The notes under the pieces: generated by a model | What the model saw: the letters and a program-made list of their open reading frames with translations, nothing else | The model's database searches: none | Told to the model about the DNA's origin: nothing | Assembly: GCA_002189035.1 (NCBI GenBank) | Contig: NEEC01000004.1 | Span: 2,790,001 to 2,854,000, forward strand | Direction: 5' to 3' | DNA from: Utricularia gibba | Taxonomy: Eukaryota; Plantae; Magnoliophyta | Length of the DNA: 64,000 nucleotides | Part shown: in pieces, positions 22,812 to 34,480 of the stretch | Layout of the letters: each line of letters starts with the position of its first letter | Position numbering within the stretch: position 1 is the first letter of the stretch | Made by a program: the position numbers and the translations under genes

Positions 22812-25800
22812 TCAAAAGGCAGGACTGCAACAAGAATCAATAGGTAGGTAAAGGATTTTGCTCGCAGCAGCTTTCATCGCCTCATCTGATGTGAATCCAT
22901 CATCCTTGCTGTAAAAAAAATGCAGCACCTTCACCATATGCAGAAACACATCTTTGCAAGGCCTTGGAATCAGGCTCCTCTTTTCCACAACTACTCGCAG
23001 CAGCTCCCTTCTCTCCCTCCGAATCAAGTTTTTCATTGACTCAATAGCCATCTCTTTCGTAACTTCACCACCACTATTTATCATATACAGTTGAACCGCA
23101 TTCAGTTTGCCCTCCTCCATTTCTCTCTGCAGGTGAAGATCCGAATGAGTCAGAAACTCAGTGAGGTAAAATACGAAAATGAGAGGAATAGGCAGTTTGG
23201 AGGGAGGATAGATACATCGCATGAGTGGATATCGTTCAAGAGACGGCCGCAAGTACTCATCAATCTGAACAGATCAAGGTACTCTGGGTGCTGCACCATC
23301 TCCTCTGAGAGCTTTGGTCCGATGAGATACAGAGTAGGGAGGACTATTGGACCGAGAGCAAAGGATGTGCAAGCATTTTTTATGTAATCATCTATTGTTG
23401 GAATGGTTTTTCTAACTCCCCATTCAGCTTCTTTCATCATGGAATACAACAAATCCAGCCACTGAAAGTGCGGTCTCAAGCAGCAAACTTCCTTACCAAA
23501 GATAATATCATGAACGAAAAGTGAAACCTTACGATTTGAACTATGTAGCTTATCACTTGACGCTCTTGCAATGCATAACATTTTTCTCCAATTTCTTGAA
23601 CCATTTGTTTGAGTGCCAAAAAGATGATCTTGACATTCTGTGAACAGCTTTCCGCCTCCATACCTACGTGCCATCTGTAACACATTTTCCCTAATATGTT
23701 ATGTATACATGTAAAAAATTTAGCATGGACGAAGGAGAAGAAGAAAGGTGCATACACTTCCACCAAATGAATCAAGTTTTCCAGCTCTTCCATGGAGCCT
23801 CCAACATCAAAAAAGTCATCCACCACTGTGGTCAGAATAGCATTTTTAGCCCATGCCAGGCGTGCATCAGATAGTTCAGGTGAGGAGATAGAAGCAGCAG
23901 CAGAAAAATAGCAATACACACACTTCTGCCGGGCAAACTTCAGCTTGTCCAGTTCATTATTGGTCACCCAACTGCTAGGCGGGAAAAGAAGCATTAGCTG
24001 ACGGTCATTGAAACAATGAACAGTAAATACCAGCAACACATCCATGGATGTTTGTTGTAAAGGCTTCACTTATGTCATCTGAATACTTGCTGCCAAGAAT
24101 CATCATACCTTTCAAGAACCTTGACTTCATCACGGTGTATTTGTTGGCAAATATTGAAGTCTTCAAGGGCTAGAGAAAAGAAGTCCTTACAGCCAAAATT
24201 TGGTGAGCTTGAATCAACAGATACGAAAAGTGAGTTTCCAGCTAAGAGGATGATGCAACTAGTAGCAACATGAATTTCTTACCAATATGATGTTTTTAAA
24301 ATTCTTGTATTGGTTAACTTGTAATGCTCAATATTGGTGCGCCTTAAGACTCCATCTAGGATCCCATAAAATGGATACTGAAGAGCATTCTTCACCTGGA
24401 AAATCCCAAATATAATTACAATTATAGGCTACTCAAAGCCCTCATGTACGCAAGGAAATACCTCGTGGCCAATATTGTGGGAAAGTTGGGCTGAATGAAG
24501 CACTCCATTTAAGACCGCACGCTCCAGAAAACTTTTAAGCCTTGAGTTCTGTTTTTCTAGCTCAAGTTCATCAGGATGTAATACAAGTTGAGATGCTTTG
24601 TACAATTCCAGCGCCGTGTGCACATCCTTAACTGGTCCATACGAAGTTGAAAACCAATAATGTATAGTTTTCACCATCTGATCTGCAGGGATGCCACAAA
24701 AGTAGATTCTTAAGATTAAAAGATGTATCTCGCTAATAACATAGAAGCATGAAGAAAATGAATAAAGGTGACCTGATGTTACATGGTATCCATGCATTCG
24801 CAATAACCGGAAAGCCAGAGAACAAGCTGAAGAGTCCAAGAATATCTCTTCATCACCATGTAGCCAGCCTCTATCATGATACAGAGTCAATAACTAAAAA
24901 GTGGCATTAGTGACTGTTCACATTTAAGAGTAAGGAAAGCAAGAATTGATGAGGATGTACAAACACGGAGCCCACCTGTATGCCTCATCCAAGACATCTA
25001 TAATTTCCCTTTCGAAAAATCGGCTTATCCCCAGACTTTCAAGAATATCAACTGTGTAGAGCTTGCAATATGTATCCAGGGGGAAGGTATGGGAAACTGG
25101 ACGTAAGAAGAACATAATAAGCTTTCAAGCATGCATATTTCAGAATTATAATCTAAAAGCACCTGCGTTCCCGAACTTCTTTACAGCAGACTGAAGGTAG
25201 TTTAGACAGCTAGTGTTAGGAAATTCAATAAAAGCGGCTGCAGAGGTGGAAGGGCAATTAAAAAGTGATCCATTCTTCCGCTGATACTTAAAGACTCTTT
25301 CCCAGTCTAGTGAATTTCCCATCCCTTCAGCAAGATAGGCCATGCAAAGTTCCATCTCGACAGAGTGACTATGATAGCTGCTAAATGGCACAAAGATCAG
25401 ATGAAGCCTCTAGTGAGTATTTATGCTTCATCTCTAGCTTGCCTCACCTTCCCACCCGTGTTCTACTCCCTACTTGTAGACCATGCTTTTAAATCTATAT
25501 ATTCCAACAAGTTTTTCCACTAAAAGGACACATCCAGTTTTTTGATCAATAGTATTCTACATTTCCACAAATGAACTGCAGAACAGAAGGATTGATAATA
25601 CCTTTTAAGCTCCATATCTCTCTTGTGGAATAAAGCATTCAATTTAGCTGGATGTAGATCCACCACCAGTGACATGCCACTGGCATACTCAAGCATAGCA
25701 GGAAATAAGATCTCAAACCCCGATGGAGAGATTTGATACTCATCAGAAGTCACAGAAAAACTAGACTCAATGAAACGTATTCCTGAAAAAGAAAATCTGC

Positions 25801-26712
25801 TTTCAAGCAACACTTCAAAACTCAGTGAGCTAATTTTGATGCCAATACACACCTCTTTGCATGTGCTCTTCCCCTAATTCCCACTTCTTGAGAGCAAGAA
25901 CACATGCCAATGTAGAAGAAACAACATCCTTTTGTAACAAATGATGATGATGAGCACGAGCCCATGAACCATCAGCACATTGGTTCTCTAACAACCAATT
26001 TAGGCATTGTGGGAACAAAGGTTTCTCGGGCGAGTGTGGAGAAGGGACCATAGCAACCCATGCAGTGTCGTATGGTGAAACAGATATCTCAGGCTTCTGC
26101 AGAAGCTTCTTGATTCTATCTTTCACCTCGTCAAAGCACTTGCATCAGGATCAAGACTACATCAGTCAAACATGCCACTGAAATCTAGTATAAAGAAAGA
26201 AGACTTTACATACATATTCAGTTTGAGAAATATTGCTTGATCTTGTTTGCCACCTTCTAATATCCCTATATTCTGCATTTAAGAGTAGAACTTACATCTC
26301 ATCTACCACGATTTATGTCATAGACCTTGATGAATCACAAAAGAGAATAATCCGAAACTAAAAGCTCTTTCAGCAACATAGACAAACAGTTTAAGTGCAT
26401 CGCTGCAAGGTTCGAGAAGAAGAGAAACAAGCAACATCTCCCCCGATAGATGAGCACGTGAATGGCGGTACAGTTGCTATTAACCACGCAAAATACTGTA
26501 TAAGGTGGTGTGACAAAAAATGACATGCGCAGGGAAAATCTGAGCAATGAAGAGATCCGTAGGAGTCCCTTATCTAATCCGGCATTCTTCGAAGAGATAA
26601 ACACACACACACACAGAAAGTAAGGCTATTTGGTACCTGGAATAAGGGAGTTGCTCCATGAGTGCGACCCCTTACTGGCAACGGCGAGAGTACCCTGGAG
26701 CCCCAGAGACAT
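22812..26712 (-). CDS. KS: ent-kaurene synthase (TPS-e diterpene synthase), ~789 aa, 14 exons
   Basis: Exons 26712-26637, 26495-26458 (least certain), 26138-25853, 25782-25602, 25380-25163, 25096-24976, 24870-24773, 24682-24462, 24395-24283, 24207-24109, 23971-23756, 23674-23533, 23461-23216 and 23126-22812 total 2370 nt, GT-AG, in phase. Motifs [44 protein letters not shown]. No DxDD seen. Confidence 0.93.
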
Positions 26713-27551
26713 TGTAGTCGCTTTTGCTCGCTGGCAGCAGCAGCAGTAGCACAGCGCTGAAAAGATTTCCCAAGCAAACACAAAAGTTGAATTCCCGCTT
26801 GCCTTTGCACTAACCACGAACACGATCGATACTGTGCTGTCAGCTGTTGTGCTGTTTAACAAAACTCACGAATATAATTTTTTGTCTTTTCTATAAATAA
26901 ATTAAATCTATTTTCAAGACACACACACGTCAGATCCCCATCTCTCTCTCCCTCTCTCTATTTTTAGCAGGATTCTAAAATTTCTAACAACTTGCTCAAA
27001 ATATTGCACATCAACACCGCTTTGTCGCAAAAGTTTCAAAAATATCTAAACCCACTTCAAAAGTGAAGCTAAACCACAACACAGGCAGGCTGAATTCCGT
27101 CCAAATTATCTGTCGTGTCTTGTGTGTTACTCAACTACTTTATCACGTGCAGACGCACTTAGTCATGGATTGAGTCATTTGCCATCCCCAAGATCCATGA
27201 CAAAGGGCGACCAGGACCCCTCAAATTCTGGTGTACGACTGCAGCTTTTGCTTACCAAGCAAATTCTGGTATGTATTTCATATGCACTGTGATGGATTTC
27301 ACGCCATGGCATATGCTTGATTTTTACTGAAGAAAACTATATTGCATTCGGACTATTGATGTTTATTGCAGCATAGATGTGTTATTGTGTGTTTGAGTCT
27401 CACGAGATGTTGTCTTTGACGTTATTTTTTTGTTAATATGTTTCATAATTGAACTAATTTTGTGGTATTATTAGTGTAGTTTGTAGAAATGATTTTTTTT
27501 TAGATTTTTTAATTACATGTTTGTCTATACCGTCGTTTCTTCCGTAGAATA

Positions 27552-28644
27552 ATGAGGACTAGAAAGGAGGATAATGGCAATGAAGACGGTAGCAAGAAAT
27601 CGAAGCATCAATAGAAACCAGAAGAAGAGAAACATCTTATATTTGCTTTAAAACAAGTAGTACAAGATGGATGGAAGGTAGAAAATGGGTTTAGAGGGGA
27701 GTATCATCAGGCAATTGAGACCATATTCGTTAAACTTAGACTAAGGAGTGATATACATGCACATCCCCATATTAGTTCAAAGGTACACAATTGGAAGAAG
27801 GAATATTATTTGCTATTTGATTTTTTATCTAGGTCCGGTACTGCCTTCAATGAAGTCACAAGTAAATTAGATGCCACTAATAAGCTATGGAATGAACTAG
27901 AGCAGGTACATATTCATTTTATGTATTGTGCACATGTCACTTTACTTATATTGATGATATTATATTGCAGCATTCCCCCAAGATGAGAGGTTTGCAGCAT
28001 AAAACATGGCCTTATTATCATGATTGGTTGGGGATATTTGACAGAGATACAGCAACAGGTGAAAAAACAACCACTGGTATGAAGACAATATTAAATAAAA
28101 GAGATCACAAAGGTGCTACTAAAGAAATTGGTGAGGCTGGGGACCATGAGGAGTACACTGATGATGCAAATGAGTTTGGTCAGTCGGAAATACCTGCTTT
28201 TTTTTTAATGAAGCCGACTATACTCCTACTTCAGATCCAATAGAACCCTCAGTGATTTCGGAAAGCAGGGATTCAGATAGCAACAAAAGGAATTCAAAGC
28301 CACTGAGTGTGGACTCCCAAGTGAAGAATGGTAAAAACAAAAGAAGGCCGAAGATGTTGGATGGCCACTCTGCCTTTCTAACTGAAATCCGGCAGCTAAA
28401 TGCATAGACTTGTGCCGAACTTCGCATCATTGGTTCTAGGATTGGTGAAAACGAGAGAGAAAGAGAAGAGAAGCAGATAGTAGTGGCAGAGATAATTCGA
28501 GGCATGCCTCTTCAACAAACCATAATGGAGCGCTTTCGAATTTCTGAGATTATTGGATCAAATCCAGTGAAGCTGAATTTTTTTCTAGCATCTAATGAGG
28601 CGGAGCGAGAGCTCATTGTTCAAGGCCTGAACACGTTGGGTTGA
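27552..28644 (+). pseudogene. PIF/Harbinger ORF1 (Myb/SANT-like DNA-binding protein), disrupted
   Basis: ATG 27552, intron 27906-27970 (phase 0). Motifs *KPEEEKHLI (W>TAG at 27612), GWKVENGF, HISSKVHNWKK, KTWPYYHDWLGIF. A frameshift in the poly-T at ~28200 and a second in-frame TAG; TGA at 28642-28644. Confidence 0.82.
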
Positions 28645-29059
28645 AGAACTTCCTTTGTTTTCATTGTTTTCCTTTTCGGACAATGTAGTGTATGGATATT
28701 TGCAATTTTCATTTGATGTTGTCACTTCACTAATTTTTGGAATTTTAATGTGTCATGTCCTGATATACTTGCAATCCTAGCTACGCGAATGCTCTTTCTG
28801 AGAAAACATTGTGAAGGAAATTCAGGTAGAGTGTGGGGGTAAACATACGTTAAGGTAAGTGGTTGCAAGAAGGCACTGCGAAGGTCGCATTGTCGGGTTT
28901 TGGACAAGAAATTTTTTGGAAGCACATGTTATTGGTAAGCACCTCTGAACTTGCACGCCAATGTTTGTAAGTCTGTGAAAAACAGGTTTGCAGAATACCA
29001 TTTTTTAAGAGTAAGTTAAATACCCTTGAATTTCATAATTCATTTTATTAATTATGAAT

Positions 29060-29240
29060 GAGCGTATATGTAAGTGAGCATTCGATAGTACTTGGTATAA
29101 CAAACCAAATACCAAACTTCCAAATACCGACATTTCTTAAAAATCATTTACCAAACATAATCAAATTATATGTTAAACCGAAATACCAAGTACTCGCATT
29201 ATTTCGGTATTTAGTATTTAATTTAATTCCACTAGTTAAA
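29060..29240. repeat. MITE-like remnant with ACCAAAT/ACCGAAAT subrepeats
   Basis: GTGAGCATTCG... followed by repeated AATACC(A/G)AA and an inverted TTCGGTATTT, typical of hAT-derived MITEs. Termini not defined. Confidence 0.4.
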
Positions 29241-29599
29241 ATACGAGGATTCCTAATTAGGATAAAATTCAAAAAAGTATTACATATGATATGTATTTAT
29301 TTATTTACTTCTATCACTTAATACTTGAAATAATAATATAGATCATATTATTATAATTTTGCACACCCATAGCAATCGGCCACATCCGTGTATTTATAGG
29401 CGGCCGGGAACATAGCATTATCATGCTATCAGAGTAAGAAAAAAAATTCACATTACACATCAAAATCCAAATGTATAAATAGGAAATTTATTATGAATGC
29501 TTACCGGATTTTTAATTAACTCATAGGATGAATCATCATTGAGTAGTGTGTTTGATCTATTGTATTTTCCATGGAATTTGTTGCAACTCCATATGCGAC

Positions 29600-30195
29600 T
29601 TAGTTCTTTGAGTCTTAAGAGCTTGTTGGGGTTGTCATGTGCACACATCTGTACGTGTGTGGCCTGTTCATCATCCCAAGTGAATGCAAGTTGACGTGCC
29701 CAGTCGTCCTCAAAGATCCACTTCACAATTTGCACCAACTGTGGTCTACATTGACAGAAATTAGGGACACAAGTGTTCGGGATCATGATGGAATGGATGG
29801 AAGGAAGTCTTACCCACGTCTAGATGACTAGATACCTACATCAAATTTTTCCAAGGACCATTGGATGAATTGTCTAGTGTGTGGCTGCAGGAACAATCCA
29901 AAAACAATGAAGCAAACAGATTTATAAACACATGCGGCGCCATAAGAATGAAAGCTTCATGCGATCTAAATGTATTACCAAATTGGCCATAGATGACTGC
30001 ATTTGCTGGTCGTTGGAGTCTTCCAGCACCCCTCATGAATATTACATCAGCGAGAACACCATTCGCATAAAAAACCAGTAGCTTACAAGGTGGTTGTATA
30101 GTCCCTGATGATGGCCTGGCATTTGGCCATGTATTCTCATACCACTATAGTTTGCTCCGAAGTTCTTCTTTCTTTGCGACCAGTTGTTGGAATTC
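29600..30195 (+). mobile_element. Degenerate LINE (L1-like) fragment downstream of the RT domain
   Basis: Frameshifted plus-strand translation gives QLWSTLTEIRD...DG...DD*IP, DDCICWSLESS and WPGIWP.ILIP...KFFF. These resemble the plant L1 patterns LW..I...RD...G.G...W.D.WIP and D...W...SSG...W..IW...PPK..FF. Confidence 0.5.
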
Positions 30196-30196
30196 A

Positions 30197-31026
30197 AGGT
30201 TTAACGCATAGCCTGTCTTCTCGTGTTAGTGCATCATTTAGAACTCTACAGTCGGCGGCGGAACCTTCCCATCCAGCAAGAATATAGATAAAACGCATAT
30301 TCTCATCGCATACACCAAGCACATTGGTAGATATTTGGCCTTTGCGATTACGATACCTGGGTTTCTCATCAAAGCTCACCCGTACGCCAATATATGTGCC
30401 ATCCAATGCTCCTACGCAGTTCTACAAGAACAGAATGGAAATGCATGCAATACGGGCAATACATTAATCAAGCCAAATGGACTAGAATGTACCTGAAAGT
30501 ACTTGAATCTACCTTGTGTGGACGGATTATTTTAAGGGCTTTCCAAAAGAATATCATTGAGAGTGAGAACTACGTCCAAAAGTTCTTTAAAATACCGATA
30601 TAATGTCTCTACCGATCGCCTAAAAATATGTTTTTGAACTCACATTTTTTTGTGATGTGATAATACTTCCAAAAATATAGCAACCTTCTCATGAATGCTC
30701 ACATACTTCCCTAGTTGTAGATTTGCATACACTTGCAAAATGTAACATAGCTTTCTGAACACATCTTTTGATAACCTTAGATTTTCTAACAATGCCGAGT
30801 TAGAGTCTGTTAAAAGACTATTTAAATAGTCAACCTGTCTGTTCATCTTCGCCTTCATAGAATACTTGCGTTTAAGTTTTTGTCTCCCACAATAACGAGT
30901 CCAATACAAATAGACAATAAAATTCAACCTAACTAGGTATTCTGCTGACACACATGTAATAGCAGCTAACACAACCTCATTTTCAGACTCGTAAGACCTC
31001 GCCATCATTTCAGTGCTCGAACCCAC
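30197..31026 (-). pseudogene. PIF/Harbinger DDE transposase, N-terminal half only
   Basis: ENLRLSKDVFRKLC..L...VSIHEKVAIFL (30640..31026); an intron before [11 protein letters not shown]; [18 protein letters not shown]...[18 protein letters not shown] (30194..30406). Homology stops after DRLCV, and the YYLVDAGY and RN.IERAFG motifs were not found. Confidence 0.88.
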
Positions 31027-31869
31027 TACTCACCACAAGATGGATTACATTAGAGCATAAAAAACAGTTTAATAATAAATACAACCACACCCAACTGTAT
31101 GCTTGCGGACAACAACCATGCGCACCTTACCCAAGATGTATTGTCGCAATTTCACAGAAGATTGGCCGTGTGGAAGATGGTGATTTGCGCAAATTAAGGA
31201 GCAGGGACACCAACGGTAACTTTAGTAAAAACAAGGGCACGATTGGAAGTAAATAATAAGGAGAGGGCTAAAATTGGAAAACGCAGCATGGTTAAAGACG
31301 GATATATTTAAACCCACCTCCCTAGATGGGTTTATATAAACTCATATGTGCGGGTTGCCGATAGGTTTAAGTAAACCTGCCAAGTAAATTTGTACCCAAT
31401 AGGAACCTACATACCAAACATACCTATTACATTAAACCAACCTATAAACCTACCTAAACCTACGAAGCAAACGTGCCATTGAATGCTTGGCACATGTGTT
31501 TTTGGGTGTTAGTATAGGATTCAAAGTTTACCGTCTATACAATCCACCTACATATATAAGGTCGTGGTTATTTCAATGGAAAACCATAGTCTTGAAACAA
31601 AGATGGCTCCTCGATCATTATTCCAATTTATTTTCAAGAAAATGAAACAATTTCAAAAAATGGAAAAATTCCAAAAATACACAAAAATCTATTATTAGAT
31701 GTGGAATTATTAGTGCCTTCTTTTCATCATTTATAAAAAAAAAAACCATCCTTTTTATTTATCCAATAGCAATCTGTTGATACAAAATACACACATGACA
31801 AAATATGCCCATATAAATTACCTAGGAGCAAAATAATTTGCACCAACATGACTCGAGAAAGATGATTTT

Positions 31870-33449
31870 GTGTCAAAATTAGTCATATTTATGGTATTTT
31901 TAGTATTAGAAGAAGAACATGATAACATACACCTAAGAACTAACTTGAAGAATTGAACAAATTTTTTACTTTCTACACAAACTTTCTTCCTGCACTTACT
32001 TCCACAAACTTGCCAATGTTTTACATTTCCTATTTGAACATTAGCCTTGTTTAAAAATCTTCCTTGACTGAAGTTGCTTCTTTGATAATTTGTTTCATTA
32101 TTTTCACATGTGAATCGAAACAGTCACCTGAGGATGTTTAAATATTCTCTTAAGCTTGTTTGATTTTCGAAACAAGTGAAATGTTTGCTTTTAATTTTTA
32201 GAAATGCTGATTTATATATTGATGACACCTATTTTCTCTGAATTTTATAATACAAAATGGTTATGTTTTATTGTGATTTAGGTTAAAGAAATGTGGTTTT
32301 TCATGTTTTTTTGTTGTTTATGTTAATTTTGTGTATTTATATTGAAAAATAGAATAAATCCTTTGATTTATTTCCTTTTTGTTTACTAAACGTTTTGAGT
32401 TTCTGTGTCTGACTTACTTACAATGTTTCTGTTATTTTGGCCATATTGTCTAAATTAAATCTTGTTTTATTTTCCAAGTATGAGTAGCTAAAAGTTTAGA
32501 GATGCCTTAAAGTAAAGCATGGTAGTGTGGATCTAGGGTTAATAATGAAATTTATGATTGTTTCTTAATTCTTGCTCTTATTATTCCATGGGTAGACATA
32601 AGGAGGGGAACAAGTCACTTCGCAACTGAGACGCTTGATTTAGATGTAGACCAATAAATCAAGGGGAGAGTAGAAGGTATTAGTCCAGAGTAGAACTAGT
32701 AGAATCGGGTAAACCTAGTTCTATATACTTTGCATGCAAGTATACCTAATTATAATGTTGGTGATTATATTTGAGACTAGTTTAATCGAAAATATGATGA
32801 ATGACCTGGGTAGACTTAGGTTATTTGAAGTTATGAGTATAGGAACATGGTAAATTAAATTAGGCATCTTAGCACACACCACCTATAGACCCTTATGGTA
32901 TCTTTGTATTAGTTTTTGTTAGAACTAGTATTTGTTATCTTCAGCGTTGAGACGGTCTTGTTTACTGAACTTGTTTACTACGGTTAGTTTGAGTTTAAAC
33001 TAAGAACTATTGTTACACCAAATTTTGTATCACGAAAAATGCATTGCAAGCACAAGCTCCTTGTGATCAACCGCGAATTCCACTTTATATTTTATGTTTA
33101 AGTTGTATCTTGTGAGAATTAGGGCTTACAAATTTATTTGATACGGAATTCTATTTTTATTGTAACGATATTAGGAATTTTTCGTTTATCATATATTTTG
33201 CCATATGCTTTTAGTTTAGAAGCAATCTTAAGAATTTTCCTAAATATCATTAGAGTAGAAACTCACTTTCAGAAAAAAAACCCTTGTTAAATCCCACTTA
33301 TGTATAGCACTAATAACTCGAAACCTTTTGCTTTCTGTGGATAGATTTGCATTTACCTCTTCTATATTATCTTCTTTGTGAATGACATGTATAATATTTG
33401 TTTAGTTTCTAAATATTTTTTAATGAAGAAAATCTTTAAATCCACGACA
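31870..33449 (+). repeat. LTR-like repeat, family C, host of the 32220 solo LTR; homologous to 60634-61163
   Basis: Shares ACACAAACTTTCTT...CTGCA(C/T)TT and TTTGCTTTCTGTGGAT(A/T)GAT blocks and a ...CGACA end with 60634-61163. Left end and TSD not established. Confidence 0.5.
32220..33191 (+). repeat. Solo LTR, family A, internally deleted (972 bp)
   Basis: TGATGACAC...TTCGTTTATCA termini; perfect TSD TATAT at 32215-32219 and 33192-33196. About 400 bp of the centre found in other copies is missing. Confidence 0.9.
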
Positions 33450-34199
33450 TCTTTAGAATTTTTCATCTGTTAATAGACTTCACGATGATACCATTAGGAT
33501 ACAAACCAATTTCATTGTCAAGTGACATGTGCTCCACCCAACACAAGGCTCTGAAAATCTTGAAAATTAGGTATCATTTTTCAAATAATAAAGTCCAACA
33601 TTTTTTTCTTATTCATTTCTCGATAAAATATCAATTTAAAAGCATTTCCTTGAAATTGACCTTTTTATCGGAACAATCCACAGCACAATCTATGTAAGGT
33701 TTGATGAATTGTTCTCAAGCCTTTTTTTAAAATAATCCACCACTAGCAAAATCACGATCCTCAAGTCCCCCGAGCCCCTGTGACGATTCTAAGAACAAAA
33801 ACAACTAGATGTTTATGTAAATAATCTTTTTTGACTCACCTACTAAACTCATCTGTCAAACATACCTTATATGATTTTTCAATTCTCAATAATTAAAAAA
33901 TTCATTATTCATAGTTAATGCAAAATTATGTGAATAAAATTTTTTATCCTTATTTATCCAGGTTTGGGAGTGATTTTAAAATGCAAATGGACTTAAAAAC
34001 TTTTTTATCATTATAAAATTATATAGAATAAAATGAAAAAAAAACTGTAAAAAAAGTTCAAAAAAATTGTAAATACTGCCTAGAAACCCCTTGTCATATC
34101 GTCCTTATCTTTGATATATAATACGTAATCTTAAGTCAACGAAAATCTAATTCTTTAAATAGACAAACTTCCAATGGGGTATTTTTCACCTAAATTAAA

Positions 34200-34480
34200 A
34201 ACTTTCTAACACAAATATAGTTGTTGATGGTGTGAGAATGACTTTGCAAACTATTAATAAAATAGGATAATTTTGAGCTTGACTCTTCCATCATCATAAT
34301 ATATATCAAAGTCCTCTTTTTGTTGAACTGGGTTTATTGTATTATATAAGAAGTCTCAAAATGTCATATGCTAGAATTCCTTTCTATAGACTCCACTTAT
34401 CATCAATCAAATTAGCAATGACTACCGTATAATATTCCTCATTTCCAACACACCAAAAAATCGGTATTTAATTGATAAAT
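34200..34480 (-). pseudogene. hAT transposase remnant with large internal deletion
   Basis: The minus strand reads FWCVGNEEYYTVVIANLIDDKWSL*KGILAY (catalytic N-terminal motif), directly followed by FDIL*WWKSQAQNYPILL (hATC dimerisation motif). Confidence 0.6.

Larger units (their letters stand above)
27100..31477. mobile_element. Non-functional PIF/Harbinger DNA transposon with convergent Myb/SANT ORF and DDE transposase
   Basis: Two-gene arrangement typical of PIF/Harbinger. The right end has AAACCT(A) subterminal repeats and a TIR-like ...GCAAACGTGCC at 31477. No matching left TIR was found, so the left coordinate is approximate. Confidence 0.75.

Noticed and set aside
26574-26862. ORFs 26574..26810 and 26626..26862 as N-terminal extensions of KS
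   Set aside because: They start at non-ATG codons or lie in another frame. The ATG at 26712 with a GT donor at 26636 gives a normal-length KS.
26930-26941. Three-codon uORF (ATG GGG ATC TGA) upstream of KS
   Set aside because: The TSS is unknown and such short uORFs are frequent by chance.
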